A DNA stretch of 59,923 bases, the filler included, from Nemertoderma westbladi (Eukaryota > Animalia > Xenacoelomorpha): NCBI GenBank assembly GCA_032718475.1. It is 2 parts of 2 records of this genome, joined end to end, with 100 filler letters (N's around TTAATTAATTAA, not from the genome) between each part and the next. Parts side by side here need not be neighbours in the genome. Positions count along the whole stretch, not along the records: positions 31,126 to 59,923 come from JAUCBJ010001837.1; 1 more part is not named here. The stretch is one strand, 5' to 3'. The notes under the pieces are model-generated. The model saw only the letters and a program-made list of their open reading frames with translations, had not been told where the DNA came from and ran no database searches. Position 1 is the stretch's first letter. The number at the start of each line of letters is the position of its first letter. Positions 36,395-48,840 of the stretch are shown piece by piece. The translations under genes and the position numbers were made by a program.

Positions 36395-39300
36395 TGTGAA
36401 TGATAAACAATATGGTACAACAGGCACGGACAAAAGTCATATATGCAAGACTCTCAACCACCAGACAACCGGTACCGGTACGGCCATCACCATATCCTTA
36501 TAGTGGAAGCCCAGGCTATCAACATACAGTAAATCATACAGTTTTTGGCGAATTGCCATTTAAGTTTGTTCAAATAAGCGTTTTCACTTACTGCTAACTT
36601 CAGTGGGGATGAGTTTACTCCTTGCTTTGTGAGAGTATTAGCTAGTTGATCGCGAGTTGGTATCCAATGGACGGCTGTAAGTTCGTTTTTATGCAGCATC
36701 TCTCGTAGAATAGCGATATCTATGTGAAGACGTTTATCTTCAATGGATGTAGTTGAGTGTACCGCATTGAACATTGAGTTATTGTCAGTTAGGAGAGTTA
36801 TGGGTGGTGATCTCCCAAGTAGTTCTGATATTAAATAAGCTAAGAGGAAAGCGCATTCAACAGCTTCTGTTGCCACGACAGTCTCAGCAGCGAAGGTACT
36901 TTTCACTACACGACGAAGACGTTTACTTTGCCACGATACCAATGATGTTCTCCCATTAGATCCTAATAGAAATACTAAATATCCTCCTTGAGTCCCTCCA
37001 TCAGGCAAGTTTCCTAAGCTAGCATCACTATAACAAAGCAATTCGATATTATTAACATCTCCCAAGTTCGATAGGTTAAATGTCAATGGTTTCTGTCTTC
37101 AATTTCTTGACAACTTTGTTTGCTCTTTGGAGATCTTTCACTGTGGCAGTAGTCTTTGAGAGACAAGCTAATTGGCATGAGTCGAAACTGACATCAGGTC
37201 TTGACTGAGTTGTAGCCCAGTTAAGTTGACCAATCATAGTCTTAGATAATTTAAGTTCATCATTGTCCAACAACCTATCAGAGATATACATAGGCTTTTC
37301 ATCAACAATATTATCAGGAAGGATGTTGTTATAGTCACTAGTTTTCATTTCCGCAATGTAATGACCTAGACTTACAATTATGCCTGATTTTCTCTGCATT
37401 AATTCTAGGCCGAGGTACTTCATATTGATCTTAGAATCAGATCCGACAATAAACATGGTGTATAATTTTTGTATTATTAATGTAAACATTTCATTGCCGC
37501 CCCACAAGAAATCATCTACATGGCAACAGATAATTCCATTCAGACGTCCATTTCTCCAATGGAAGAATATGGCTGGATCCACACTTGATTTTTTTAGACC
37601 TAAGTTTTCAAATTCCTTCATTACCCTAAGGTACCACTGTCTACCAGATTCATTGAGTCCATAGACACAATGGTTCAATTTCCACAGTTTAGATGTATTC
37701 GCCTCTTTGGGTGGTTTAATGTATACATCACGTGCCATGGGCATTCCTTGCAAATAAGCACTTTTTATGTCAATGGCATTCATGTCCCACTGCATTGTTG
37801 ACAATATAGTTAAGCATATTCTTAATGATTGCTTGCAGCAGGTAGGAGAGTCAGTCACAGTTTTTACAATATCCTCGAACCCACGAGCACATAAACGTGC
37901 TTTAACTTTAATGATGTCTCCTTTAAATTTTTTTGTGATAACCCACCTAGTCGATATTGTATGCTGCCCATTGTCACTTATTTCAGTGTATGTTTTCATA
38001 TCTGACCACTTCTGCATCTCTTCTTTCTTAGCTGTTGTAATTTGATCCTCTCTGCCATCACGGACATGAAGAACTAGAACATCATCATTACTAACAGGTA
38101 TAGAATCAATGTTGTCTTCATGGCTACCTTTTGATTCAGAACTAATATCACTGCTTTCATTTTGTGTTTGGCTTGAACTTTCGTCATCATAATCAGCCAT
38201 CGCACTACTTATATTCTTCTTCCAATCAGTAATGTCATCTCTGAAACTTTTAGAAAACTTATTTCCATCTTCATCTTTAAGATTCCACCAATGCCAATAG
38301 TTACCTGTTCGTTTACCACCTCTACTTATTACAGTAGCAGATTTCCATTCTCCGGAGTTATTATCTTTGTAGAGAATGTTGTTGTTGAGGCATTTTTGAT
38401 AGTGGTATAGCTGATGGTATAGGTTTGTTGGATAGGTTAGAGGTTGATTTAGATCTACAAGCTTCACTATTGAAGGATGGCATTTTGTCATCAATTTGGT
38501 GTACAGTATCATCTACATCATCATCATCATCATTATTGCTTCTACAAACATTATTATATTGGCCAGTATCATTTTCTATATCATTTTTGATTGTATCAAC
38601 TTTGACATCATTGACTGGCATTAACCTACATGGTTGAACTCTCAAGTATTGCCCACCATGTTTAACTAGAACAAGTTTAACATCAGTACCCAATACAGTT
38701 GCAGGGCCCCTCCAAAATGTGGTATTCGTGCGTTTATAATATACTTGTTCACCTATAGAGAATACATAATCAGAATAGTTTCTGTGTTTTTGACTTAGTG
38801 CTCTTCTAAGTTTTTCACAACTCTCTTGTTTAAGAAATGCCTCTCTAGCAGTGTGCAAAGCATTTGGATTGTCACGCACAATTTGACTTCCACAGACTGG
38901 ATCATTTGTGGCTGGCCACGAGAAAAGGGACCTTATGTCGCAAAACCTGATTCTGAGATAATCGCGTTTAAAGTTTCCCTCTATTTTTGGACAAATTTAA
39001 TTGGATTATCAATTTAGAAATGTATAAAACGATGAGGGAAATTCAAATTGGTTCTGATATTCAATATACCTAGGAAATAACTAATTACAGGAAGCAATAT
39101 AAGATGCTGCAGTGTTGTATATAACACTGTCTTAGGGTTTTCATGTCTGAATTTAGGACTGAAATAAATTCTACTACTGTAATATCTAGGTACTGTAGGC
39201 CTACAGTTATTTTTTAAATGCAATATAGCTATCATTTTCTTAATTTCTCTTCGTTAGTTCTGAAATTTCGTAATCCCAATAAAGAATTCAAAATACAAAT

Positions 39301-42300
39301 AATTTGAAATTTTGTTAAAAAATTTATCTTTTTGAAAAAATTTTAAATTAAAAAAAAATTTTTTTTGGTTACATGTTTTTTTGCAAATTTTGCAAAAATT
39401 TTATACTTCATGAACAATATTTATAGTTTCAAAGTGTTAAAAGTTGTATAAAATGCCGAATAACATTGAGCAGCCTAACTATATAGTAAGAATTGCTATG
39501 ATATTATTAATATTTTCCATTTTTTTAAATAATCGCTTATTATAACCGCTATTAATAAAATTTTTTTGCTACCCGATTCACCTTCACATAAATCGCTATA
39601 ACTTTTTTTTGGAAATAGATATTGAGACACCGTTTTTTTTGTTAAAATCTCTGGAAAATTCTGCATCTCATAGGCCTAATAACTCAAAATCGACCTCCGG
39701 TGACATAAGGTCCCTTTTCTCGTGGCCAGCCACATTTGCAGGAAATTATAGAATTATAGAATTGTCGAAGCTGATAGGGTAATTTGGATTTTTACCGAAA
39801 ACCAGTTGGTTGGGTATAAAGCCATAAACGTTTATGAGGGAATTCTTGGCGGAAACAGCCCAGTGGATGGCCAATGTGAGGTCAAACTGTGTTTGGTATA
39901 TAATTTTCTCCAGACAACTCGCCAGTATTGCATTGTGCCTTTCGACGAGACCATTAGACCATGGACTTTCAGCTGCAGTTGTGATAACTTTTATATTAAA
40001 TTTATCACACAGTTCAAGAAATTCTTCATTATTAAACTCACCACCATTGTCTGAGAGGAATTTGTTTGGTGAGCCAAAAATACGAATCCAGCATTCTAGA
40101 ATATTTTTGACTACAGTTTCTTTCCTTTTGTTAGTGATAATAGCAGCTTGACAATATCTGGCCATATTCAATATGTAAATTCCAGGACGAAATAATTTCA
40201 AGTCCATTCCCACTGTTTCATTAAATGATTTTGCCAATGGAAACCCTACAATTGGTTTTAGTGGTAACTTTCTGAAACGTTTACAGATATCACATTGACT
40301 GCTGACATCATCTACAATTTTAGTGATACTGATATTAATTGGATTGTCACTAGCTTTAGATATCAAATCTTTGAGACGATCAGATGTTGGATGTGCAAAT
40401 TGTTTGTGAAGTTTAGATATTTTCCTGTGAAGATCATTATTACTGTCAGAATGTGTAAATGGTGAGGTAAACAGAATATGATTTACCGTTGTGACCATAA
40501 TATCGTCTGTACGTGACAGGGAAAGACAATAGTGACCTGTAGAAGAAACTATTAAATCAGTATTTTCACCAAGTAATTCAATTGTATCATTAGCTAAATT
40601 GATTTTACCTCCACCTTTCTTCATAGAAGTACATGAAAGTAGTAGTGGAATATCACATTCAACAATGTCCATTGACAGTCGTGCCTTCTTTGTACCAATA
40701 TGTATAGGGACTGTTGCTTTAAATATAGATTTATGTTTTTCACCATCACCGAAACGAAATCTAGCATCACTTTGTTTTTCTAAAATTTGATGTTTATCAC
40801 TGCAACTTAGTGAATCAACATAACATTTATACCATATAGCACCAGCAACTGTTGTGCTACACCCTGTATCTACTACTGCACAATTCAATGATTCAGATAA
40901 GAGATGTCTATTTGGCATAATAATTTTGGTAAATTTGTTGGTAAATTTTGGTAATTTGGTAAATAGAATTATGTCATTTTCAGCATCAGTTAATAGCGTT
41001 TTGTATTCATTAGTGGTGGTGTTGCCTTTGTTAAATTCTGGACATTCTTGTTGGTAATGATTAATAGACATACAAAAAGTACATTGTGTTGGTTTGCCAT
41101 ATTGATCAGGGGGGTTTAACTTTTGCCCTAACTTGGGACGAGTTGCCGGCTGTAACTGTGGCCTAGAGGTTCTGAAATTACCTGTAGCTGCAGGCCTATA
41201 GGCCGTTTGTCTCTGGAACCTATTTCCCGAAAACCCACGTGGTCTAAGCAATGGTTGTCTCTGATTATTAAAATTCCAGCTCCCTCTGCCATAATTAGAG
41301 CCATAGTAACATGCATTTTCATCAATATCATTATATAATTCTGCCTCACCTTCAACACCATATTCAATGTCTGTAGTACCGGTATCAAAAGTTGTAAAAA
41401 TTGGTTCAGTTTTTACTTTGATTGATGTTTCAGCAACAACAGGGGAATGGGTGGTGGAAATATCAGAATGTAATTTTAGAATTTGAGTTTTCATATTTTC
41501 GTATGTTAGTTCATCTACAGTGGCTAATGTCAATTGATGTTTACGGTCATCCAAATTGGCACATTTCAGTAGTTGATATGCTTTTACACCTTCAGGTAGT
41601 TTCATGTCATATGTTTCACACTTATGTAGGTTTCTTTCAAAGTTTACCATTCAGTTATATTAGTTTCTATAGGTCGACGGTAGGCACAAAATTTGTCGTA
41701 TGCATGAAAATTATTATTATTATTATTATTATTATTATCTTTCAGATAAAGACCATTTAATTTCAATACAAGTAAACTTACCCCATTGTCAGTTCGTAGG
41801 TCGTCACGTTTAATTTCTAATGCAGCTTCTCTTGCTTGGCCTTCTAAGCTGAGCAGAACAGTAGGACCCTGACGCGTTTTCGGTATATCTGTTGCGTCCT
41901 GCCAGATCTCCAATTCGCGTACCCATGTTTCGTATGAGACATCATCACGTAAACGCGGAGGATTCTTAATGTTGTAGTTGTAACTCGAATTTCCGGAAGC
42001 CAATACTATAACTACGGTAATGACAGTTACCTGTATCAGTGTACGGAATTTATTTATTGGCAGATTGGTACTGGTATATATGTACCGGTGTATTAATATC
42101 CAAACGCAAACAGCAGAATGATGATAACAACTATCAGACTATAGAAGCTTACCAGTCTAGTCTATACCCAGTACTGGTGTTTTAAGGTTCTGAGGTTTGT
42201 TTTAAATATACCTTTAAGTGAAGAATAACGCCTCCCAAGCTAGCATTCTATGTTCTATCCATACAATATAAAACATCCTTATCAGTTTAGCAGTTACCAA

Positions 42301-42590
42301 TTACAGCAGTATAATGCAGTATTGGCTTTAGTAATGGCATCTCCATTCAGCACATTTCAGCACTTGCCTACACAACACAATATCCAGATCAGTACAGCAG
42401 TAGTCCTGTAGTCAGACAACCACGCTCTGCTACCAATGTAAATGATAAACAATATGGTACAACAGGCACGGACAAAAGTCATATATGCAAGACTCTCAAC
42501 CACCAGACAACCGGTACCGGTACGGCTATCACCATATCCTTATAGTGGAAGCTCAGGCTATCAACATACAGTATATCATACAGTATAACA
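36395..42590 (-). mobile_element. Ty1/copia GalEa-like retrotransposon inserted in gag of element B
   Basis: 5' LTR 42590-42437 (TGTTAT..TTTACA), 3' LTR 36542-36395; PBS TGGTAGCAGAGC (tRNA-iMet, GalEa-type); order gag, PR (VDTGC), IN (SDNGGEF, SPWSNGLVERHN), RT (KARLCARGF, HVDDF), RH (YSDAS, TDN); TSD CATT(T). Confidence 0.9.
38908..39733. mobile_element. Non-autonomous DNA transposon (Sola1-like) inserted in the copia integrase region
   Basis: Perfect 32-bp TIR GTGGCTGGCCACGAGAAAAGGGACCTTATGTC; ATTT (AWWT-type) 4-bp TSD. Removing it restores FPANDPVCGSQIVRDNPNAL. Confidence 0.85.
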
Positions 42591-43694
42591 CATTTAGGTA
42601 GACTCGGATCGCGAGATCGATATTTGTATCTATCCGAGCTTTTTCGACTGGAGGATCGGTATCTTCCCCGTGGATATTGGTTTTTCCCGGTTCCGGACGT
42701 TGCCCCTACCGACAGGTGCGGTGGGCCGGACCTCGACCTCGACATGCGTTTTGCGTGCACTCGCGCTGCCTCCTCGCTACGAACAAACTTTACAGTTTCC
42801 TTATGAGTGAGACCCGGTGACTTCGCCAAAAGATCCTGGGGGATTTCCTCGTCGGAAATCCTGACCGTTATTAACGTCGACATCCAGGCATCTTCGTCCA
42901 TATGGCATAACCCTGCGGTTTCTGCCATTTCGCTTAATCTCGTATAGAAATTGTCGAATGACTCTGATTCCTGCTGTTTACAGGTCGTCAGTTCCCACCG
43001 GTCCAGCGCGACATTTTGTTTTTCCTTTAAATATCCCTCGAGTTTATCGGAACTTCTTCTAGAGTCATAGTGGTATTCTGAGGGATTTCCACAGCGTATT
43101 GCAATTTTGAAAGGAAACTGGGGTTGCAATACCCGAAAAAGGCAGATATTTGTCCGTCCCGTGGTTGTAAATGTAATTTAAAAGTCTTAGCATAGTTACC
43201 CCACGAAATTTTCCATCTGTTGAACCTTTTTAAATCCACCTCCTCGTCAAGGGTGGGGGGGCGGTTTACCGATGCACGTTGGGCGTTGTCTTGCTTCTGG
43301 GTTGTTGTTGCCTGAATATGTGACGTGGACTGTAACGGATCAGAGCCAGGCGACTGAATCTGAGAAAAATTGGCAGTAACTTGTTTCATAATAACTGCGA
43401 TATTGTGGCGGTAACGGATCATCTCCATCGAGTTATCGGCGAATTGGGTTTCCTCCGTCCCGCAGTCTGCCTCGGATTGCTGGAGAAGTTCTAACGATTC
43501 CCCGAGTTTATCGTATGTGTTCTCCAACTTATATTTCAATCGCTGAACATCTTCCATTAAAGATTGAGGACGTTCATCAGGATGCAGCTGCGTTAATTGG
43601 TCTAACGCAGCTTCCAACTGATTTTTTACCCTCGTATAATTCGATCTAAACCCGGGATGGCTTTTTTCGAATGTGCGACGGTTTTCGCTTCCAT
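42591..43694 (-). pseudogene. Element B gag N-terminal part (frameshifted)
   Basis: ATG at 43694; Q..ESFDNFYTRL..MAE..GLC capsid-like motif; ends ..SLPKC, which joins TKCG at the other side of the copia insertion. Confidence 0.8.
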
Positions 43695-44329
43695 GGTAAG
43701 ATAGTAGTACCTACTGCTGTACAGTAGTACCGGTACGTGTAGTATGCCTACCGTACCTACGTAGTGTACTTATCCGGAAGGCAGGCGGTCCGTAGGCTCT
43801 CCGCTCCTTCAGTCCCCTTCCTTTTTAGCTTCAGCAGTCCGTGTACAGTGCGGTTTCTTTGAATGCGTATATCCTACACACTGCGCCATGTTGTGTTATC
43901 CCCCGAGCATGGGAAATACATCAGGTTAGTTACATCAGATATATCCATTAGTCTATTGTCACAATACACAATAATCTATAATATACCTGTATACCGACAC
44001 CATGCACGATACTACTGCAGTACCTGCGTACCAACAATAGGTTCACTGCCTGACTCATATATATATAGCACCACCGGTATCCTACCTACAGTAGAATATC
44101 CTAGAGCACTCTTCATTGTTACAGTATATTTTTATATTCCACCATCTCCCTTTTTTTGAGTTTGAATTTTCCTAAAAATTCAAACTTATTCATTTGAACT
44201 TATTTTTAACATTTTTTAAGTCCCAATATTAAATTGTACGACTTTATTTTCAATTTCATTACAACCTCTCTTAGGACGAAGAAATCTTCGATTTCTCTTC
44301 AAAATACGATTTGAAGACAACTTTATATA

Positions 44330-45463
44330 TTATTATTATTATCTTTTAATCCACGCCATTAAGGCACATAGTAAAAATAAGTACATAATTAAATTGGACA
44401 ATAGAAATACACAGGCAGATGAGTCTAAATAATATGGAGTACATGAAAAGCATAAGTAAGTAATATTATTAACTATTAGCACAGCACAACTATATTACAG
44501 TAATTAGTGTTATTTTACGTAATTTAAGTTCAACATTTCACGAATACGCGAAACGCCATGTTGGCGACAGATAACAGACACACCCCGTAGGATGCTATTG
44601 TCAATGTTGTCAACCCTGTTGAACAAGCTCGTAATCGATTTATAACGTAAGTGAATGAATAAAGGTATATTCAGTAGACCAAATGTCAGAGAAATACTAG
44701 TGGATTCTCCATCAGTTATACGGGGTATTTTAAATAGAAATCTAGCACAATTATTGTATGCTACTCGTAGTTTATTATGTGCACTGTCAGAATAGCTGCG
44801 CTTTGCCCAGAGCGAGTTGCAATATATGGGGGTGCAATAGGCTCGGAATAAAGCAAGCTTAACTGGTCGGCTGCAATTGCCAAACTTGCGTAGCAACATA
44901 TTACCACGTGCGTATAAGCTATTGGTCTGCTTACGGATATCAAAATCGTCATCTAACGTACAATGTATTAAATGTCCTAAGTAGTTAAATTTATCAACAA
45001 TATCAAGTTTCACATCATAAAGAAATACTGCGGACTTAGCGCTGCAGCTTATATCTCTTGGTAAAAAATACATACATTTAGATTTCTTCTTATTGAAAGT
45101 CATAGAGTTATTAGAGGCGTAACTAACAGCAACATCTATTAACTTTTGTAACCCGTAAATTGAGTTTGACAACAAACAGATATCATCAGCATAACCCAAG
45201 TGATTTACCCTGATATTACCCATATAACATCCAACCCCGCTTAATGTTAATTGAATGCTTAAATCATCTAAATAAACATTGAAAAACAGGGGAGACAGAA
45301 TGCCACCCTGTTTTGTACCATTAGTCACCGTAAATTTCGGTGAGACTATACCCGCCCAAACAACACACATCAACTGCGACCTATACCAATAAATAATCAG
45401 ACGCACAATATATAGGGGAATATTTCGATCAATAAGTTTGCGAAAAAGTACAAAGTGGTTAAC
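44330..45463 (-). mobile_element. 5'-truncated RTE-X-like LINE inserted in the integrase C-terminus
   Basis: GTKQGGILSP..GYADD..FNYLG..LFRAYC RT; 3' UTR and (TAA)n tail; TATATA TSD (44324-44329 / 45464-45469); empty site at ~33082. Confidence 0.85.
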
Positions 45464-46783
45464 TATATAATAATCGCGTCCTTTCCTGTCAGTTATTACA
45501 CCGGTGCGTGACCACCGTTTGGTTGTGGGGTTCTGAAGCAGAACGTCTGTTCCAGGTAACAATGTCGCAAGGTTGCGGGCAGTTCGGTCATAATGCAGTT
45601 TTGCGGCCCTTGATAACCGCCAGGCAGACTCCTCTGCCTCTGCAGCTTGTTTTTGCCATGACGGATCAAAGGCTTTATAATGCTGTGGGACATTGGACCG
45701 TAAAGGATGCCCATATACTATCTGGGCTGGGGAGCGACCATCTCCCCTCGGTGTGTTTCGTAATTCAAGCATCCCCCTCAGAAATGGTTCTGTATTAATT
45801 CGACCGTCGTCTGCCTTTGCAACGAGATTTTTTACTATTTTTACCGACACCTCCGCATGCCCGTTGGATTGTGGATAACATGGTGATGACAGTTTCCAGT
45901 CAACACCCCAGCGAACCAAAAAGTCTTTAAATATTTTGGAGTCATATTGTGGTCCTCCATCAGTGCGCATTCGTACCGGGACCCCGGTCTGTACGAAATA
46001 TTGCCGAATTACATCGTCAACCTGGGTTGCTGATGGGTCTCTATCCCATCTTGTAACAAATGGGAACCCAGACAAGCGGTCTACATATACCATGTAGGCA
46101 TGACCAGCAAACTTAAATAAGTCAGACGAGACAGACTCAAAAATCCGGGATGGTAGGGGGTCCGATATGCATGGTTCCTTTACATTGCTTGGGAGGCGGT
46201 ACTGGCATTTCTCACAGGATCGTATAATGTCCTCTATTTGGGCATTTATTCCAGGCCAGTATACCGATTCCCTACTGCGCCGCTTGGTTCGCTCTAAACC
46301 TTGATGCGACTCGTGGAGACATTTTAATATATCGCCACGGGCCCCTTTGGGTATAACTAATCGTTTACCAAACAAGGCTAATCCATTTTCTATAGACAGT
46401 TCATTCCAGATTTTCCGTAGCTGCTGTACAAATGGATTATTAACAGCTGGTGATTGAAAATTATTCTCTAGTGCTTCTATGAGCATTTTGTATTCGAGAT
46501 CACCCTGAGCTATCTGCTGCAAATTTACAATCATTGGATCTTCATAAGGAGAGTATTTGCCAAAGTTATTATCATTTTTAATTGAGTTAGTTGCGGCCTC
46601 AAACACAGTAGATGCTACAGTATTTGAGGAACAACCTTCAACCTCATTAGAATCTGGATCACATACTGGTGCCCTGGACAAAGCATCAGGCACAACATGA
46701 GACTTTCCTTTCTGCCAAGTGAGTGTGAAATTATAACAACTAAGTTTCATTTTCAAGTTTTGCAATCTCACATTGTCCACCAT
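44510..46783 (-). CDS. Chimeric ORF: gypsy integrase fused in frame to a partial LINE RT (757 aa)
   Basis: Continuous frame ..GRDYYI|VNHFVLFRKL.. across the insertion junction at 45463; expression unknown. Confidence 0.45.
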   Translation of the reverse strand: MVDNVRLQNLKMKLSCYNFTLTWQKGKSHVVPDALSRAPVCDPDSNEVEGCSSNTVASTVFEAATNSIKNDNNFGKYSPYEDPMIVNLQQIAQGDLEYKMLIEALENNFQSPAVNNPFVQQLRKIWNELSIENGLALFGKRLVIPKGARGDILKCLHESHQGLERTKRRSRESVYWPGINAQIEDIIRSCEKCQYRLPSNVKEPCISDPLPSRIFESVSSDLFKFAGHAYMVYVDRLSGFPFVTRWDRDPSATQVDDVIRQYFVQTGVPVRMRTDGGPQYDSKIFKDFLVRWGVDWKLSSPCYPQSNGHAEVSVKIVKNLVAKADDGRINTEPFLRGMLELRNTPRGDGRSPAQIVYGHPLRSNVPQHYKAFDPSWQKQAAEAEESAWRLSRAAKLHYDRTARNLATLLPGTDVLLQNPTTKRWSRTGVITDRKGRDYYIVNHFVLFRKLIDRNIPLYIVRLIIYWYRSQLMCVVWAGIVSPKFTVTNGTKQGGILSPLFFNVYLDDLSIQLTLSGVGCYMGNIRVNHLGYADDICLLSNSIYGLQKLIDVAVSYASNNSMTFNKKKSKCMYFLPRDISCSAKSAVFLYDVKLDIVDKFNYLGHLIHCTLDDDFDIRKQTNSLYARGNMLLRKFGNCSRPVKLALFRAYCTPIYCNSLWAKRSYSDSAHNKLRVAYNNCARFLFKIPRITDGESTSISLTFGLLNIPLFIHLRYKSITSLFNRVDNIDNSILRGVSVICRQHGVSRIREMLNLNYVK

Positions 46784-47052
46784 ATCAAGCGTATTAAGAG
46801 TTCATTATAGGTAGTAAAGGCCTGTGGTCTGTGACCACCATAAAATGTGGCTGTCCATACAAATACATACGACACTTATTAATTGACCAGTATATAGCTA
46901 GGGCTTCTAGCTCTATTGTGGCGTATCGAGTCTCGCATTCCTTCAGAAATCGAGAACCGCATTGCACCAGTTGCCACCTGGTGTCATTTTGACATTTCTG
47001 GAACAGGGCAAAACCGAGACCTTTTGTCTGGGAAGCATCGGTTTCTATTCTA

Positions 47053-48082
47053 AGTGGCAGACGAACGCCGATGAGGCGGACGCACACGCGGCGACGCAAC
47101 GAGACCAAGCTGTCCGAAACTATAACCAGACAGCCCGGAATCTACCGCCAATCCCAGTGGGAATCCGTGTCCGGGTCCAGGATCCAGTTACCAAACATTG
47201 GACCCACACCGGAACTACAGTGGAGGCAGGCTCGCGGCGAGACTACAGAGTAAAGTTGGAGTCGGGCCGCACTTGGTGGAGAAACCGCCGTTTCCTCCGC
47301 CCATACCCCTCCATACCACCAGGTGGCGATAGCGAACCTCTATGTCAGGACCAGGACAAACCGCTTATTTCTTGTACGGCTCCGGGTTCATTGACCCCAA
47401 AACCGAAACAACCCGACCACCCTACGATATCTGAAACTGAAAGTGAATTGAAAGTATACCACACACGTCCCAGCACCCTAGCTCAACGCAAGACGGTTAC
47501 TTGGGAACTCGATCGCAAGCACATGGCTTGAGATCGCAGAGGAAAAGGGGGTGTGGTGAATTAATTATACTGTATAAATATATCAATATTACTATTGCAT
47601 GCTTATATGGTGATGGCACTTGGGAATATATTCGGTGTACTGATTACTCTATATTGTACCAATATATTATGTAACATTACTGCTGTACTGCCTATGCAGG
47701 TACTGAGGTAGCATGACAGCAGGACAGTGTATTGCTGTACTTCAGTTGTACTCTTGAGAGACATTATACATATATTATATTATTATAAAACTCTTGTTTA
47801 ATGGTCTCATTAGCTCACAACAGGGTGGCGGTCAATAACTATGACCGGTCTGCCCTATCTAAACTGAATAACACAACTGATACACCAATCCAACAATCTG
47901 AGATAATATATGATTAATACATTGAATATTGGTTCACCTTCTTACTCTACTTTGGCCCTCTACCCAATGGATGCTTTCCTGTTCCCTAGCATGTGCTTCC
48001 CTCCCCTCTATTGGCTAATATACTACTTGTCACCTTGGCACTCTCTGGGAGTGTTTCCCCTCCGCTGCTAGCCTCTACTAGC
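47053..48082 (+). repeat. Duplicate of 31617-32646 (element A 3' end, LTR at 47552-47822, and spacer)
   Basis: Constant offset of 15436 bp with few SNPs. Confidence 0.95.
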
Positions 48083-48338
48083 TGTTGTGTTATCCCCCGA
48101 GCATGGGAAATACATCAGGTTAGTTACATCAGATATATTCATTAGTCTATTGTCACAATACACAATAATCTATAATATACCTGTATACCGACACCATGCA
48201 CGATACTACTGCAGTACCTGCATACCAACAATAGGTTCACTGCCTGACTCATATATATATAGCACCACAGGTATCCTACCTACAGTAGAATATCCTAGAG
48301 CACTCTACATTGTTACAGTAAATTTGTATATTCCACCA
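48083..48338 (-). mobile_element. Solo LTR of element B with intact TSD
   Basis: 256-bp LTR flanked by CTAGC on both sides (48078-48082, 48339-48343). Confidence 0.93.
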
Positions 48339-48759
48339 CTAGCTGTCTTCCCTCCGAGGTGGTATGACCTCTAACCTTTCTCTGTGGCTTTGGGGCTTGT
48401 GTCGCCCCCCCCAATGTTGGTTATGATACGAGATTAATATTGGTAATCTCGTATCCCCAACATATTGCTAAAATGCCACTAGTCCCATTTTCTGGTGGGT
48501 AATGAAGTGGAATTGAATCCGCTTACAATGAGGCAAGATGTTTGAGACTTATTTAGATATATTATTACTTAATCTTGACCCCCCAGTCGGTATCTATTAC
48601 AATATGGGCTATATCTTTTGCAGAGTCACAGAATAGTCTGAAGTTCCCCAGTCTGCCGCTAGAGGGCGAAATGTCTCAAAGTGAAAACCATATAGTAGCC
48701 ATGAATTGGTTACTAGGCAATAATACTGCATTTTGCAAAGTTAGGCCTATTGCTGACCG

Positions 48760-48840
48760 AACGAAAACTGCCCTGGTTCATGCAGGGATCAAACCCATGA
48801 CATACGGGAGATGTGAATTCAATGCAACCACTACATCATT
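48760..48840 (-). mobile_element. Degenerate tRNA-derived (SINE head-like) sequence
   Basis: The minus strand has an A-box-like TGATGTAGTGG and a B-box-like GGTTTGATCCC at tRNA-like spacing; no cloverleaf. Confidence 0.35.

Larger units (their letters stand above)
32647..44144 (-). mobile_element. Ty3/gypsy Mag-clade element B (decayed; 256-bp LTRs at 32647-32902 and 43889-44144)
   Basis: LTRs TGGTGG..CACAACA; PBS TGGCGCAGTGTGTAGGAT (43888-43871, tRNA-Ser-like); PPT AAAAAAAGGGAGA (32915-32903); order gag (double CCHC), PR, RT, RH, IN; 5-bp target CTAGC. Confidence 0.92.
44145..47053 (-). mobile_element. Partial second copy of the element B internal region (RNase H, integrase, PPT), sharing LTR 43889-44144
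   Basis: Nearly identical to 32903-34676 apart from a LINE insertion, a few SNPs and a 5-bp indel. Confidence 0.92.

Noticed and set aside
32651-48374. Three similar small ORFs (MLSPEHGKYIRLV..) as a gene family
   Set aside because: They are antisense frames within the three copies of the element B LTR.
48415-48462. Small TGTTGG..CCAACA hairpin as the start of the BEL LTR
   Set aside because: Self-contained 48-nt palindrome with no downstream counterpart; most likely a deleted MITE remnant.
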